From positions 12,855,947 through 12,919,946 of the forward strand of contig NC_134030.1 of assembly GCF_964204645.1 (NCBI RefSeq): a stretch of 64,000 nucleotides of DNA, read 5' to 3'. Made by a program: the position numbers and the translations under genes. Each line of letters begins with the position of its first letter. The stretch's first letter is position 1. The DNA is from Tubulanus polymorphus (taxonomy: Eukaryota; Animalia; Nemertea). The notes beneath the pieces are model-generated. The model ran no database searches. It was not told the DNA's origin and saw only the letters and a program-made list of their open reading frames with translations. Shown here one piece after another: positions 38,405 through 50,492 of the stretch.

Positions 38405-39186
38405 CGGTATTCGTAAAACGCCTAATGAAAAACACCGAATCGGAAAACGCATAACGCCTAATTCAAGTAACATCCAAGAAATTTACCTAAATCACTACGT
38501 GAACTATGTACGCAACGCTACATAGTTCACGTCGGAGTGCGTGGAGCGCCGCCTGTTCCATCTTCGTTTCTACTGTATTTGGTTACACAGGCTTATCTGT
38601 GTTATTATTTCATATCAAGACGGAGTATTATGATAATAAAAGACATCATATTTTTAATATCGAACATATAGTTTATAATTTTTTGTTCAAGGAAGTTCAG
38701 GGGCTGGACATTATTTAGTCTCTCATTGGTTCGGTAGATTCACATTAGCGTGGTTGTGAACAGTTTTGGAGGATAATTTTGAGAAAGGCTATTTTATCAA
38801 TCTTTGTGTGCGTTGTACCTACGAGCGTAGGTTGTACCATATTTATGCATTCCGGTTTCAAAATTCAAGAAAGCCGGTTTATAACCGCGGCGTTTGTTTT
38901 CGCGTTATCATAGAAGTGTAAACTGTTTCAGTTTACACTTCTATGGCGTTATTTAATTAATTGCTTGCACTGCGGAAATTCTATCATCATCCTATAATGA
39001 AGTTTATAAGAGTAGTAGTCTCGTTTCGTGAAGCGTAAAACACATGTATTTTCAAACTGTTCCGTTGATGAGTTGGATTGTGAGTCTCAGTAGATTTTGC
39101 AATTACGAAATTAGGTCATTTTCTAGGAATTAGGCGTTATGCGTTTTCCGATTCGGTGTATTTCATTAGGCGTTTTTCGAGTACCG
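38405..39186. mobile_element. MULE-type MITE
   Basis: ~60-bp TIRs starting CGGTATTCG; perfect 9-bp TSD CGAAACGGT (38396-38404 and 39187-39195). Confidence 0.9.
38909..38945. mobile_element. 37-bp TIR-only micro-element with P-element-like CATAG ends
   Basis: Perfect 17-bp stem with a TTT loop, flanked by 7-bp direct repeat GCGTTAT. Confidence 0.65.
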
Positions 39187-39268
39187 CGAAACGGTGCCGA
39201 CACGCTCGTAATAGCTCTCTCGTTCCTCGAGAGCTAAAAATGAAGTAAGGATTACAAGCAGTGCTTAC

Positions 39269-39339
39269 TTTCCATTTTTCGTTCTAAAGTTGTTATTCTT
39301 TGTGTTAATTCTGTCTTCAGCTCGTCTGCTTTAAATGCT
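39269..39339 (-). CDS. PDE9A: PDE9 exon 6 (AFKADELKTELTQRITTLERKME)
   Basis: CAG/GTAAGC, 71 nt; matches [23 protein letters not shown]. Confidence 0.92.
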
Positions 39340-40140
39340 CTGAAACGAAGAATACAATTTTACTTTTACTTCGAGATATTTACCATATCATTATCACATC
39401 CGGTTTGCAGTAGTCGTCGGGATGACAATACAGGATCTGGCTACAACGCATTCCCATGTCCTTTATCTAATCAACTATATAACAAGTTTTTAAGTTGATT
39501 TTATCTTCTGCGAATAAATCAACAAACGAATAAAGATATAGAAAATAGATGGCACGATATGAGAAATAACTATTTTGATGTTCACAATATTGGAAAAAAA
39601 CGCTCAATAATCAAACAGTAAGAATTGCGATAAAATCTCATTAAAAAAATAACACCCAAATATTACGAAACACATATGAAACAATAACGTGGGAAAACGC
39701 AAGAACCGGAAACGGTAGCATACATGACTAACATCTGGTGAAAAGTCAACATCACATCTATAATACACGTACATTTCAAGAATTACAGCATTTGATGATT
39801 TGATAAAGATTATGGGAATATAGATATTATTGATTTGTAAGCGCGTTTATCGCACGACTTTGGATGATCGTTCATAATTGGGCAATGATAGAGAAAAGCG
39901 AGAAATGGGATCAGAACTTTTGCTCTGGCATTATTTATTCAATGCAATCATTAAGCATCCCAGTCACACACTACAGTTTTGAATTTTGTGGTAGTATGAT
40001 TGAAACGCAGATTTTTCAGAAATGCAACTCGCGATTGACGTACACGTATGCCTATGGATTGTGAACATATTATCATCCTCGCTTGCCAGGTATCCGGTAT
40101 TGCTCCCCGAACTCACTTCCACCACGGACGTATAAACAAG

Positions 40141-40837
40141 GAATGTAGGAAAAATGGCCAAGGAAAGAATGGCCAAGGTATTTGCCTAGGAAAAAATGGC
40201 CAAGGAAAAAATGGCCACGGAAAAAAGGCCAAGGAAATTAATGCGAACTACTGACAATGTTGATAAACATTAAGCTTCCAATTTAATGACATCATTTATT
40301 TTTCATGGGGCTAAAAACAATTAAAATCGGTATAATGAATTCAGAAATGTGATGAACTTACATTTAATTTCATTACATGTAATGAATATTTCAAGAACTA
40401 TCATGAGCGAACTATCATGCAAGTGGGCAATGGATAAATTTAATAGTGATAAACTTAAACTTCATAAATTAACTTAATTAATATTTCAAAACATCTAAGT
40501 AAGCTATTATTGCACAGACTGTCTTAAATCATCAAAGATAAATGCATTGAAATTGTGTGGTAATTCACATAGCAAACGGGTGTAGTGTCTGATAACATCG
40601 AAGTGAGATATGCTCATCATAAATTTACCTAAACTAATCCAGGAATAGGTCTAATAATCTCTAAAAGTGACACGTCAAAACATCAATGTATTTGATTTCT
40701 TTTTAGTCAATGAAATAATGTTGAGTTTTCTATTTAATCTTCCTTGGCCTCTTTTTCCGTGGCCAATTTTTCCTAGGCAAATACCATGGCCATTCTTTCC
40801 TTGGCCATTTCTTCCTTGGCCATTTTTTCCGTTCACC
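40141..40837. mobile_element. Foldback MITE with AGGAAAAAATGGCCA 15-bp subterminal repeats; fragment at ~38044
   Basis: GAATGTAGG 5' end, inverted repeat arrays, imperfect 9-bp flanks ATAAACAAG/ATAAAATAG. Confidence 0.75.
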
Positions 40838-41350
40838 ATAAAATAGAAGGACGGCGCACCAGCTATAAGATCGAAGGCCCCACTGATAACAGCCGTTCGC
40901 ACTGTATTTGCAAGTGCGCGCTGATCAGGTGCGCGTTGTTACGAGCAACTGGCTAGCGTCTCGTTTCCAGGAACAGAGTTACGGGAATGAGCAAGCGTAA
41001 TAGATGCTATTTATATACGTAATAGTCGTGCGCAGTCGTTGCAATAATAAAGATGGCCATGTGCTTGGCATTTTAGTGAAAATTTCTCGAAAATACGTCA
41101 ATTTTTAGCGAATCTACGGCACATCAAGTGACGGATGCACATCATAACATTTTTCAAAGTTAAGGTGAATAATATAAAGACAAATTTCTCATAGTCACAC
41201 TCGTTTCCTCCATTTTTGAATTATGCATTTAAATGAAGAAATAGCTCATCTTTTAGCTAGTCCACATGGTTTGAACGCCAAATGATGCCAAAGTGAAAAC
41301 GTTAGAAATGGAAATAACGTGGCCGTAATTATTTCTAGATAAGACAATCT

Positions 41351-43197
41351 TACGGAAGCGATAAGGGGCCTCGAGATGTCCCGTTCTAAGTCGACAAGTC
41401 GTCATATTTATGTCGACATACCGTGATATATCGCGTCAAGTCGATATGAATATGTCGATATATCGTGACGTTTTCACGACATATTTCATTTTCTCGACTA
41501 CGGAAGCGATAAGGGGCCTCGAGATGTCGCGTTCCAACTCGACAAGTCGCCATATTTATGTCGATATATCGCATCAAGTCGACATGAATATGTCGACATA
41601 TCGTGACGTTTTGACGACATATTTCGTTTTCTCGACCACTTTCCTCGCGACAAGTCGACATATTCATGACGACTTGAAATTCAGTCGTCATATCACTGGT
41701 CTGGTGTCCTCTACGGAAGCGATAAAGGGCCTCGAGATGTCGCGTTCAAACTCGGCAAGTCGCCATATTTATGTCGATATATAGACATGTCTAAATGTAA
41801 GATGAGGACGCCAGTAATATGACGACTGAGTTTCAAGTCGTCATGAATATGTCGACTTGTCGCGAGGAAAATGGTCGAGAAAACGAAATATGTCGTCAAA
41901 ACGTCACGATATAGCGACATATTCAAGTCGACTTGACGCGATATATCGCGGTATGTCGACATAAATATGACGACTTGTTGAGTTTGAACGCGACCACTCG
42001 AGGCCCCTTATCGCTTCCGTAGTCCTCATCTTACATTTAGACAAGTCTTCAAATGATTACGGAAGTACGGAAGCGATAAAGGGCCTCGAGATGTCCCGTT
42101 CCAACTCGACAAGTCGCCATATTTATGTCGACATACCGCGATATATCGCGTCAAGTCGATATGAATATGACGATATATCGTGACGTTTTGACGACATATT
42201 TCGTTTTCTCGACCACTTTCCTCGCGACAAGTCGACATATTCATGACGACTTGAAACTCAGTCGTCATATCACTGGTGTCCTCATCTTACATTTAGACAT
42301 GTCTTCAAATGACGGCTTGTCCCGTGGAAAATGGGCGAAAAAGCGAAATTTGCCATATTTATGTCGACATATCGCGATATATCGCGTCTAGTCGACATGA
42401 ATATGTCGACATATCGTGACGTTTTCACGACAAATTTCGCTTTTTCGCCCATTTTCCACGGGACAAGCCGTCATTTGAAGACACGTCTAAATGTAAGACT
42501 AGGACGCCAGTGATATGACGACTGAGTTTCGCGAGGAAAGTGGTTGAGAAAACGAAATATGTCGTCAAAACGTCACGATATGTCGACATATTCATGTCGA
42601 CTTGACGCGATGTCAAGTCGACATGAATATGTCGTCATATCGTGACGGTTTCACGACAAATTTCGCTTTTTTGCCCATTTTCCACGGGACAAGCCGTCAT
42701 TTGAAGACACGTCTAAATGTAAGATGACGCCAGTGATATGACGACTGAGTTTCAAGTCGTCATGAATATGTCGACTTGTCGCGAGGAAAGTGGTAGAGAA
42801 AACGAAATATGTCGTCAAAACGTCACGATATTTCGACATATTCATGTCGACTTGACGCGATATATCGCGGTATGTCGACATAAATATGGCGACTTGTCGA
42901 GTTGGAACGCGACATCTCGAGGCCCTTCATCGCTTCCGTACGACTCGCCTCTCGAGCCTCGAGATGTCGCGTTCCAACTCGACAATTCGTCATATTTATG
43001 TCGACATACCGCGATATATCGCGTCAAGTCGACATGAATATGTCGATATATCGTGACGTTTGGACGACATATTTCGTTTTCGTCTTCATGTCTTGAAGCG
43101 ATATATCGCGGTATGTCGACATAAATATGACGACATGTCGAGTTGGAACGCGACATCTCGAGGCCCCTTATCGCTTCCGTACTTTATCGCTTCCGTA
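41351..43197. repeat. Complex palindromic array of CpG/GTCGAC-rich modules with TACGGAAGCGATAA termini
   Basis: Terminal motif in direct orientation (41351, ~41499, ~41712, ~42067) and inverted (~42021, ~42940, 43181, 43197). Confidence 0.85.
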
Positions 43198-43907
43198 AAA
43201 AGGTCCAAAACGAATTGTTAAACAGTTTGGCTATTCAGTCGCTGGAATTAATCGATGGTTATCATATGAGTAAAATCTTAGTTCGGCTATCGGATTCTGT
43301 ATATACACGCCTTTTTCATTTCTTCTCGGTTTTTATCGTATCTTTCCACTTTGAAGCCGCCAATTGTGTTTAGTATTTACAGTGTCGTTGACGGTCGCAA
43401 AAGATCGGTAGGTTCGATTTCAAGATTCGAGAAATATCGATCGACATTTTGGATAATCAAAATATTCTTAATTTCGATCATAATCCTTCGTAAAATAACG
43501 CTGTTTTACTGATTTATGCAGATTGAATAATTAGCATCCGAAATTATATTTCTTGGTTTAAACATATCTTTGCAATCAATTGAACAGTAAGCCAAGTGGA
43601 TTCAAGGGTATTTTGTAAAATTTCATATAGCAATGGACGATAAATCCTGATTGGTGATTCTTGGATTTTAGCAACCGCATTTATCCAGAACTCGGTTGTA
43701 TCATTGGAGTGTAAACTAATGAACGGCATAAAACGTAATTATTTGCGGTAAACCGTGTAACAAGATACAGGCAAAAGCTCATTAAATCTGGTACTATTAT
43801 GCGTTAATTAACTATTCCACGCTGAGACGACCCAACGGGTGCAACACAATGGATTGAGATGTGCTGGACTATCACACCGGGATTCCTCGAATCAATTATG
43901 TAACTAA

Positions 43908-44122
<215 letters not shown>

Positions 44123-44248
44123 TTACGAAATGATATGATGCATGATACATCGATACTACATTCTTTGATCCTCTTTCGCAAACCTAGCCAGGCCATTGAA
44201 TTAATAGTATGCTTCATGAACAAAAAGAAAGACAGTGACCAAATTTAA

Positions 44249-44444
44249 GTCCCAGAATCAAGAAACCGAGAAGTTGAAATATCAAACATTTCATTTTTTT
44301 TTAAATCCGAATTTTCGGTTTCCCCCTAAAATCGAAAAGAAAACAAAAGAAAACATTTTCCTTGATAAGGGTTTTTGGTAGAAGACCGAAAATTCGGATT
44401 TTCATGTTTCGACATTTTAATTTTTCGGCTTGTTGATTGTGGGA
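44249..44444. mobile_element. Small foldback MITE
   Basis: TCCCAGAATCAAGAAACCGAG..AAATCCGAATTTTCGGT inverted against ACCGAAAATTCGGATTT..TTCGGCTTGTTGATTGTGGGA. Confidence 0.6.
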
Positions 44445-47308
44445 TTTTTTAGATATATTTCTTTACTCGCGACATATTGATAAGTTCTACCTCACCAGTG
44501 ACCGAATAGTGTTGCTATGTATAAAATCATTTTGCCCGTGCATCTTGTAAGTAGCCGGAATTTGTCAGCTAAAATTGTCAATATATCTGTAACTGCTAAA
44601 GGTCATTCATTCCATTTTACAGTAAGTTGGTGCATGACTGTCCGACATGTTTGCCATTAAAATCATATTTTTATAAAAATATCAAATTTCTAGTTCATGA
44701 AGAAAAAATAATTTTGAAATAATACTAATTCTTTATAAGCTGTCGTGTTGATTTCGAAAGGATATAGTGAGTAATTTCAAAAACCGAATCTCCGAATATG
44801 TCATATTTCGATGGAGGTTATCCAAAATGCAAAATCATCATTTTCTAGGTCATTGAGCTTACAATATTTTACCACGGCTAATCTTACGACATCTGCCATA
44901 GTTTGGATTTCTTCATTTAACTTATGATATTGTACATTTTGTAGGATATGAATATCAGCTTTTGAAAAAAGAAACATCCTGATTGTTTCCATTTTCGTTA
45001 CAAGCGGCAAATATTGCACGACCACTGTGCAACTGACGATCCCACCTTAAGGCTCCTTGACCATGATTGTCACACAATTTTCAAAACCTGAATGTAATTG
45101 ATGTATTAAAATCCCCCATACACGTATATGATGGAACATGTAAAACTATATGGAATGTTTATTTACGGTCTATAAATTTCCGAACACTCCGTGATAGTTT
45201 GTGTTTACATAATTTTGTGCCTAATCAATGAATAGGTTGGCATTATTGGCGATAAATGATACGCGGTCATTGTAAGAAAAAAAGTCTAGACTGGGAAAAT
45301 AAACAGCCCCGGGGGCAAACGTAGCTAAGTTATCAATCATGATTATCTTGTTTTCATCACAAACATACACGTCACACATTTGTACTTAAATGGAGTTCAA
45401 AATTGTGCCCTAGGATTTCAAAATTTGAGGTAACCATATTCGAAAAGCCAATCCAAAATAATCGTTGATTTACGTTCATGTGTCGAGGTTACAGTGGACA
45501 AAAATATGTTATCAATTGTTTCAATCGAAACACATGGCTAATTAGCATAGTAAAGGATACCACGCGAATGAAGTCATGACCGAAAGGACAATGATAGCAA
45601 TACTGGGATTTTCCGGATGGAACTAATTTTTGCAGAAATACCGAATGATGGCGATTGCTACATACTTAGCTGTTTTGCGAAGTTTCAACTTATATTGTGG
45701 CACGAATCGTGTAGCAAAGGTTCACAAGACGAGTATTCAGGACCATTTTGTCAGCAAGTTGTCGATAGGCCTCCATAACCGTATGGGTAAAAAATAAACA
45801 CCACGTACCTGACCGTTGTATCAAAAAATCTCTTATCCGTCATATTCTATTCCGTCACATTTGTTGTTCAATGTTTGTGACAGGGAAGTGAAATGAATGT
45901 CTATTAAATTTATGTACGACAGATTTACATCTATTGCTAAAATCTTAGTGTAGCAAGTACAGTATCAACTATGACCCGTTAAGGTATGAATGGATGAATA
46001 ATTTCTGAATCGCAGGTATAATGGTATCTGTTATGGAATCTGCCCTGGTGACGCAGAGGAATTCCGCCAAAGAGCTTCTGAATTCAAAATACTTATGATT
46101 TATCATAGTGGCTATCTAAGAGATTTTTTTTCTGCTCGCGATAGCACTTACTCAAAATAGAATGATGAAGACGTTGATACGTAGAGCGTCACACATTTAT
46201 ATGTACGTAAATCGATTTGTGGCATAATTTCTTTGGCGAACGAAATCTTCCTTTCATTTTATTTTGGGCCCAATTTTTACGTCCAGATATCTTACTGTTT
46301 TATCCAGTAAATCGTATTCAACGACGCTTTATAGAAATAATTTAAATCGTATTCAACGACGCTTTATAGAAATAATTGTGGGGTTATGTGCAGTAACGAC
46401 AAGCGAACGTTGTTACGTTATTTGGGATATGCGACCAGTACTACAGGTGATACATGCCATATATATCTTACATATTTTATCTTACGATAACCTAATTTCT
46501 GAACTCCGAAAGTCAGGCATTGAACCATTTAAACAATATTTCCTTCAACTGTTTTACCAAGGCATCAAATAATTCACTCATGATAAATTTTCTTTTACAT
46601 TCGTGGTTTCGCGCGTTTTTAATTCCAAGATAATCAACCAGGATCTGGAGACTTCCAAGGGGTCCGCACATCCCTTTCTCATTCAAAGGGCCTTAGGTAG
46701 CCCTATAAATTATAATCCCACTCAGTGAAAATACAATTACAACGTACCTTTAAACAAGCAATTGGGTTTGCCCAAACAGGGCAATGTCCGGAATTTTACG
46801 CCCATACCAAACCGAGTGAAGCAGCGCGAGAAAAGAAAACTTATGAGCGCCGCTCGTCCCCCCCCCGTAAGCTAAAATCGACACAGCCTGGGATAACCAA
46901 AATCAACATTACATTAACGGAATCATCTGGAATGAAGCTGAAACTAAAACTTAAAATGAATGAATAAATTCGGTTATCACAATGATCGCAATAGCGAATA
47001 CTACTAAAATAAATTGAACTGGGGTTCAAGAGAAAGGACCAAACGTAATACTACGATAGTTTATCTAGTTTTTTACCTCTGCATGTACTTGAATGTCGCG
47101 TTGAATTTTCAGGAACAACCACAGGGAGCGAGAATAGCTGTTGCAAAGGAGTGAACTGCTTTCTGATTCTACTTACACTAACAATAATTATCGATGTCAT
47201 AGATACCACATAGTAACTCCATATTGATAATAATACTAATAATAATAAACATATATGAATATAGATCGACTTCATCATCTCGTCAATTTGTTGATCCGCC
47301 TTTGAGTG

Positions 47309-47322
47309 GTTGTTATGGTAAC
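47309..47322. promoter_or_regulatory. RFX X-box-like site in intron 5
   Basis: GTTGTTATGGTAAC against consensus GTTRCYATRGYAAC. Confidence 0.35.
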
Positions 47323-47941
47323 ATATCAGAGAGCGATTATTAAAAAGTCAACGTTAGCTTTCCATGAGAGTACCAATAGCGATGGTCATTAAGGCTACAC
47401 GATGGGCTAAGAGCCTTGACGCTTATACGGTAGTACAAGACTAACTTGAACCTATATGTATACACGAATATCACACTTCAGGGTGTTGATGAATCATTGA
47501 ATGAATGCAAAACCAACTCTCATCAACACAAAACCTCCATTACCAGACAGACTGTCACTTAATTTCAGAGTGATCAACCTCGCATGTAATAAATTCTATT
47601 CAAAAGTGTCATTATAATATCTACTATATCATAATATCCAGTCGTACTTATCAATTATGAAGTGAAGAGTCTTTAATCACACAAAGTTGTTTGGAGCAAT
47701 TCATGTTGACAATTCATGGGTTATAATTCAAGAATAATTTTAGAATAATCAACAATTGACCTGAACAACATCTTACATGACAATGTAGACACTAACCTGT
47801 TCCATCTTCCGATTCAATAAATACAAAATAGAGATGCAAAATATCATGAGAAATGAATACAGTGTTAGAACACGAAATTGCAATTGAAATCTATTCAGAT
47901 TTTGGAAGAGATATTCCCGAATAGATATAACACTAACTCAC

Positions 47942-48002
47942 TGGTTGAATTGTTCGGCTACTTGATTCAAAACGGTAGTAAACAGTTCGTTGTCGATGCT
48001 TT
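47942..48002 (-). CDS. PDE9A: PDE9 exon 5 (SIDNELFTTVLNQVAEQFN)
   Basis: TAG/GTGAGT, 61 nt; VLxQVAEQF motif. Confidence 0.92.
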
Positions 48003-48085
48003 CTATTAAAGAAATAATTTCGATCCCATTAAACATTCGTGATATCATTTCATTCAGTTTACGGAGTCTAGTTCTTGAAACTTAC

Positions 48086-48123
48086 GCATTCTTTCTTCTT
48101 TGTGTGTGACTCTATATGCATTT
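48086..48123 (-). CDS. PDE9A: PDE9 exon 4 (NAYRVTHKEERM)
   Basis: CAG/GTAAGT, 38 nt; phases fit; PYKV-like. Confidence 0.8.
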
Positions 48124-48227
48124 CTGTAGATCATGAAAGAAATAGAAAGAACTTTTCGAGTAACAATCAAAGACAATGATGATTAAGGCATTCGTTGTTA
48201 GCAAGCTACCTTTTAAAAATAACTTAC

Positions 48228-48305
48228 TCAGATGAATTTTTCGGCATGGAGGGTGTTACTGACACATGTGCACCATTCTTGTCTTTCAAGAAAACTTGGG
48301 AATGC
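48228..48305 (-). CDS. PDE9A: PDE9 exon 3 (HSQVFLKDKNGAHVSVTPSMPKNSS)
   Basis: TAG/GTAAGT, 78 nt; matches VSIDPTMPANS. Confidence 0.9.
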   Translation of the reverse strand, partial: AFPSFLERQEWCTCVSNTLHAEKFI

Positions 48306-48448
48306 CTATGATCAAATAGGAAAACATCAAATTGTCAAAATAAATACTTTTGCTAATCTGATAACTTAACAATTCGATATACTGAAGGGACGTAATGAAG
48401 ATAATCAATAGATGTAATCAAAAAGACACATTTGTCAGGATCGATTAC

Positions 48449-48519
48449 CTGCTGACTCCTGCTGCCTGCGCAATAAGTTCCGACAAATCCTTGGATGCAC
48501 AATGCACACTGAATACAAT
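48449..48519 (-). CDS. PDE9A: PDE9 exon 2 (IVFSVHCASKDLSELIAQAAGVSR)
   Basis: TAG/GTAAT, 71 nt; matches VIFSKYCNSSDIMDL. Confidence 0.9.
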
Positions 48520-48744
48520 CTAAAATGTATCATACTGTTGTAACCAAATATTTTCCACCCGGCTGGGCTAAAACATCACCCAAAATGTCGATTCAAATCT
48601 ATCTCTACCCCAATCAGTGTACGTAGAAACATATTCGATATGAAGTAATGTGCGTATATAAAAACGATCATTTTGGTATGACAGTATTACATTATCATAT
48701 CTAACTAGTTTATTACAAAATCTTCACAATAGAAACATCTTTAC

Positions 48745-48813
48745 CTTCTCTAAACGTCCATTGATTTCTAAGTATATTGTTTTCGATGGGTCAAATGATG
48801 CTCCGTTTCCCAT
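48745..48813 (-). CDS. PDE9A: PDE9 first coding exon (MGNGASFDPSKTIYLEINGRLEK)
   Basis: ATG at 48813, donor GTAAAG; matches MGSGSS..KAIYLDIDGRIQK; CAG acceptor at 48826-48828 suggests an upstream UTR exon (candidate donor GTAAGT at 49078-49083). Confidence 0.92.
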
Positions 48814-49053
48814 ATTCACTGATATCTGAAACACAAAGTATCGGTCTATGATCTAAGACTGTTCGTATGTTGTAATTAAATCACCGCCAAATCTGGTTTA
48901 TTTGACACCGAACGTCTTTGTTGTTAGCGAAAAATCTATAGTATCAGGGGATGGACGTCTCCAAACGACTTGCTATCCATAAAATTCGTCAACTGACTTT
49001 AATCAATGTAAGAAATGATTATGATGCTACTACTCGGATTTTGTATTTCACGT

Positions 49054-49161
49054 GTTACCATGGAAATATTCAAGTAAACTTACACTAGGTTTTCAGCAAG
49101 CCGCTGCATTCGCATTTACCTTTAACCACAGTGCATGCAATAACCATGGTTACAGGTAACG
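49054..49161. promoter_or_regulatory. Cluster of RFX X-box-like motifs at the presumed PDE9 5' end
   Basis: GTTACCATGGAAAT (49054-49067), ATAACCATGGTTAC and GGTAAC half-site (~49140-49161). Confidence 0.4.
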
Positions 49162-49826
49162 ACAAACCGGTATGCGATAATCAGTGAGGATACTACCACT
49201 AGACGCAATGCGAATGATACTTTATTAATTGGAACCATCTCGCTTGCAAAATATCAAATTTCTGTTATCCGCTATTATCGGGACCACCGCAATTTTGGCT
49301 GATAATCGAATTTAAGAATTTTTTTCTTTCAAAACACTAGAAATTAGCTCAAAACGTATTTATTGTATTATTTAACTGTTTTATCGAAATTATGCCTTGT
49401 AAAAAAGTAGTGAGAAGTTTGCTCTATTTATTGATCTCTTTTATGATATTCATTAATTGTACTCTGGCGAGCGTTTAATGTAGTCTAGCAGTTCACCGGG
49501 GGTTGAATTGGAGGTGATTAACTACAGTATCCAGTGTTATATACGTAGACCAATTGCTACCGAAAAAGTAAATTGTACTTCGTAAATTACATGTTTTAAG
49601 TATCTCTGATGGCGGATAATCGAACAAAAATTAACTGTAACCTGCGTGTATCAATTTAAGATTTGTTCAGATTTACGGTGGATGGTGGATGTGGAATTTG
49701 GCGGAAAATCGAAAGCTGAAAGCATTAATCAATTAAGGACTAAGCATTTACTTGGGGGTAGCCGTAAGTGGCGAATAAATAAACGGTTGGTGGTGTCTGT
49801 ATTTCAACCGCAAAAAGCCGTAGCTA

Positions 49827-50492
49827 CATCCAGGAAGAAAGACACTAAATATTTGGATGGATATATGAAAGCTGTGGGTACTGGAGTGTGTAATGGGTAG
49901 TGTAGTGTGATATGTGTGCATTTGTGGCCAGCACACAGATCACATTGTTCATTGGGGTTTGGTCCAGGACTCGCGAGATTTTCAACAACACGGAATAAAC
50001 GTGTAATAAATGATGACTTGAATTGCATGACTACCTACCACCCCTCATTATTGTTGGAAAACTAAACGTTTCGCACTGACTAAAAATTAGTAATAACATT
50101 TTAGAAATGGCCAGAATGTTAACTTAGGTTCTATCTCATTTTTATTTCACAATTGCGATTGGTATAATTTTTTTAAACGGCCGTTAAGGCCTCATGTTTC
50201 GTCTGCAATTCACTGCAAATAGTTACGCAACTACGCACATTTCAGTGTTTTTGGCAGCTGTACACTCAATCGGCACTGTTCCTGACTAGCTTCACTAAGG
50301 AATTATCATTAATTATCATCGCCATATCACATCATCAACTTATATTGTGCCTTAAAACCCTAACAGCCGAAATAATTGAAATGCACACACGATTTCTATC
50401 ATTGAAAATTGAGAGAGTGGCCATGTTTGTGTTCTGCTGCTTCGCGTAAATCCCGCGCGGTGGCGCAACCGCGCGGAGTGGGGCCGATACGT
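49827..50492 (-). repeat. Inverted copy of the 21281-21948 repeat
   Basis: Reverse-complement near-identity over ~665 bp. Confidence 0.9.

Noticed and set aside
41386-43156. Many overlapping ORFs (MSTYRDISRQVD...)
   Set aside because: Artefacts of the palindromic repeat array; present on both strands with no domain signal
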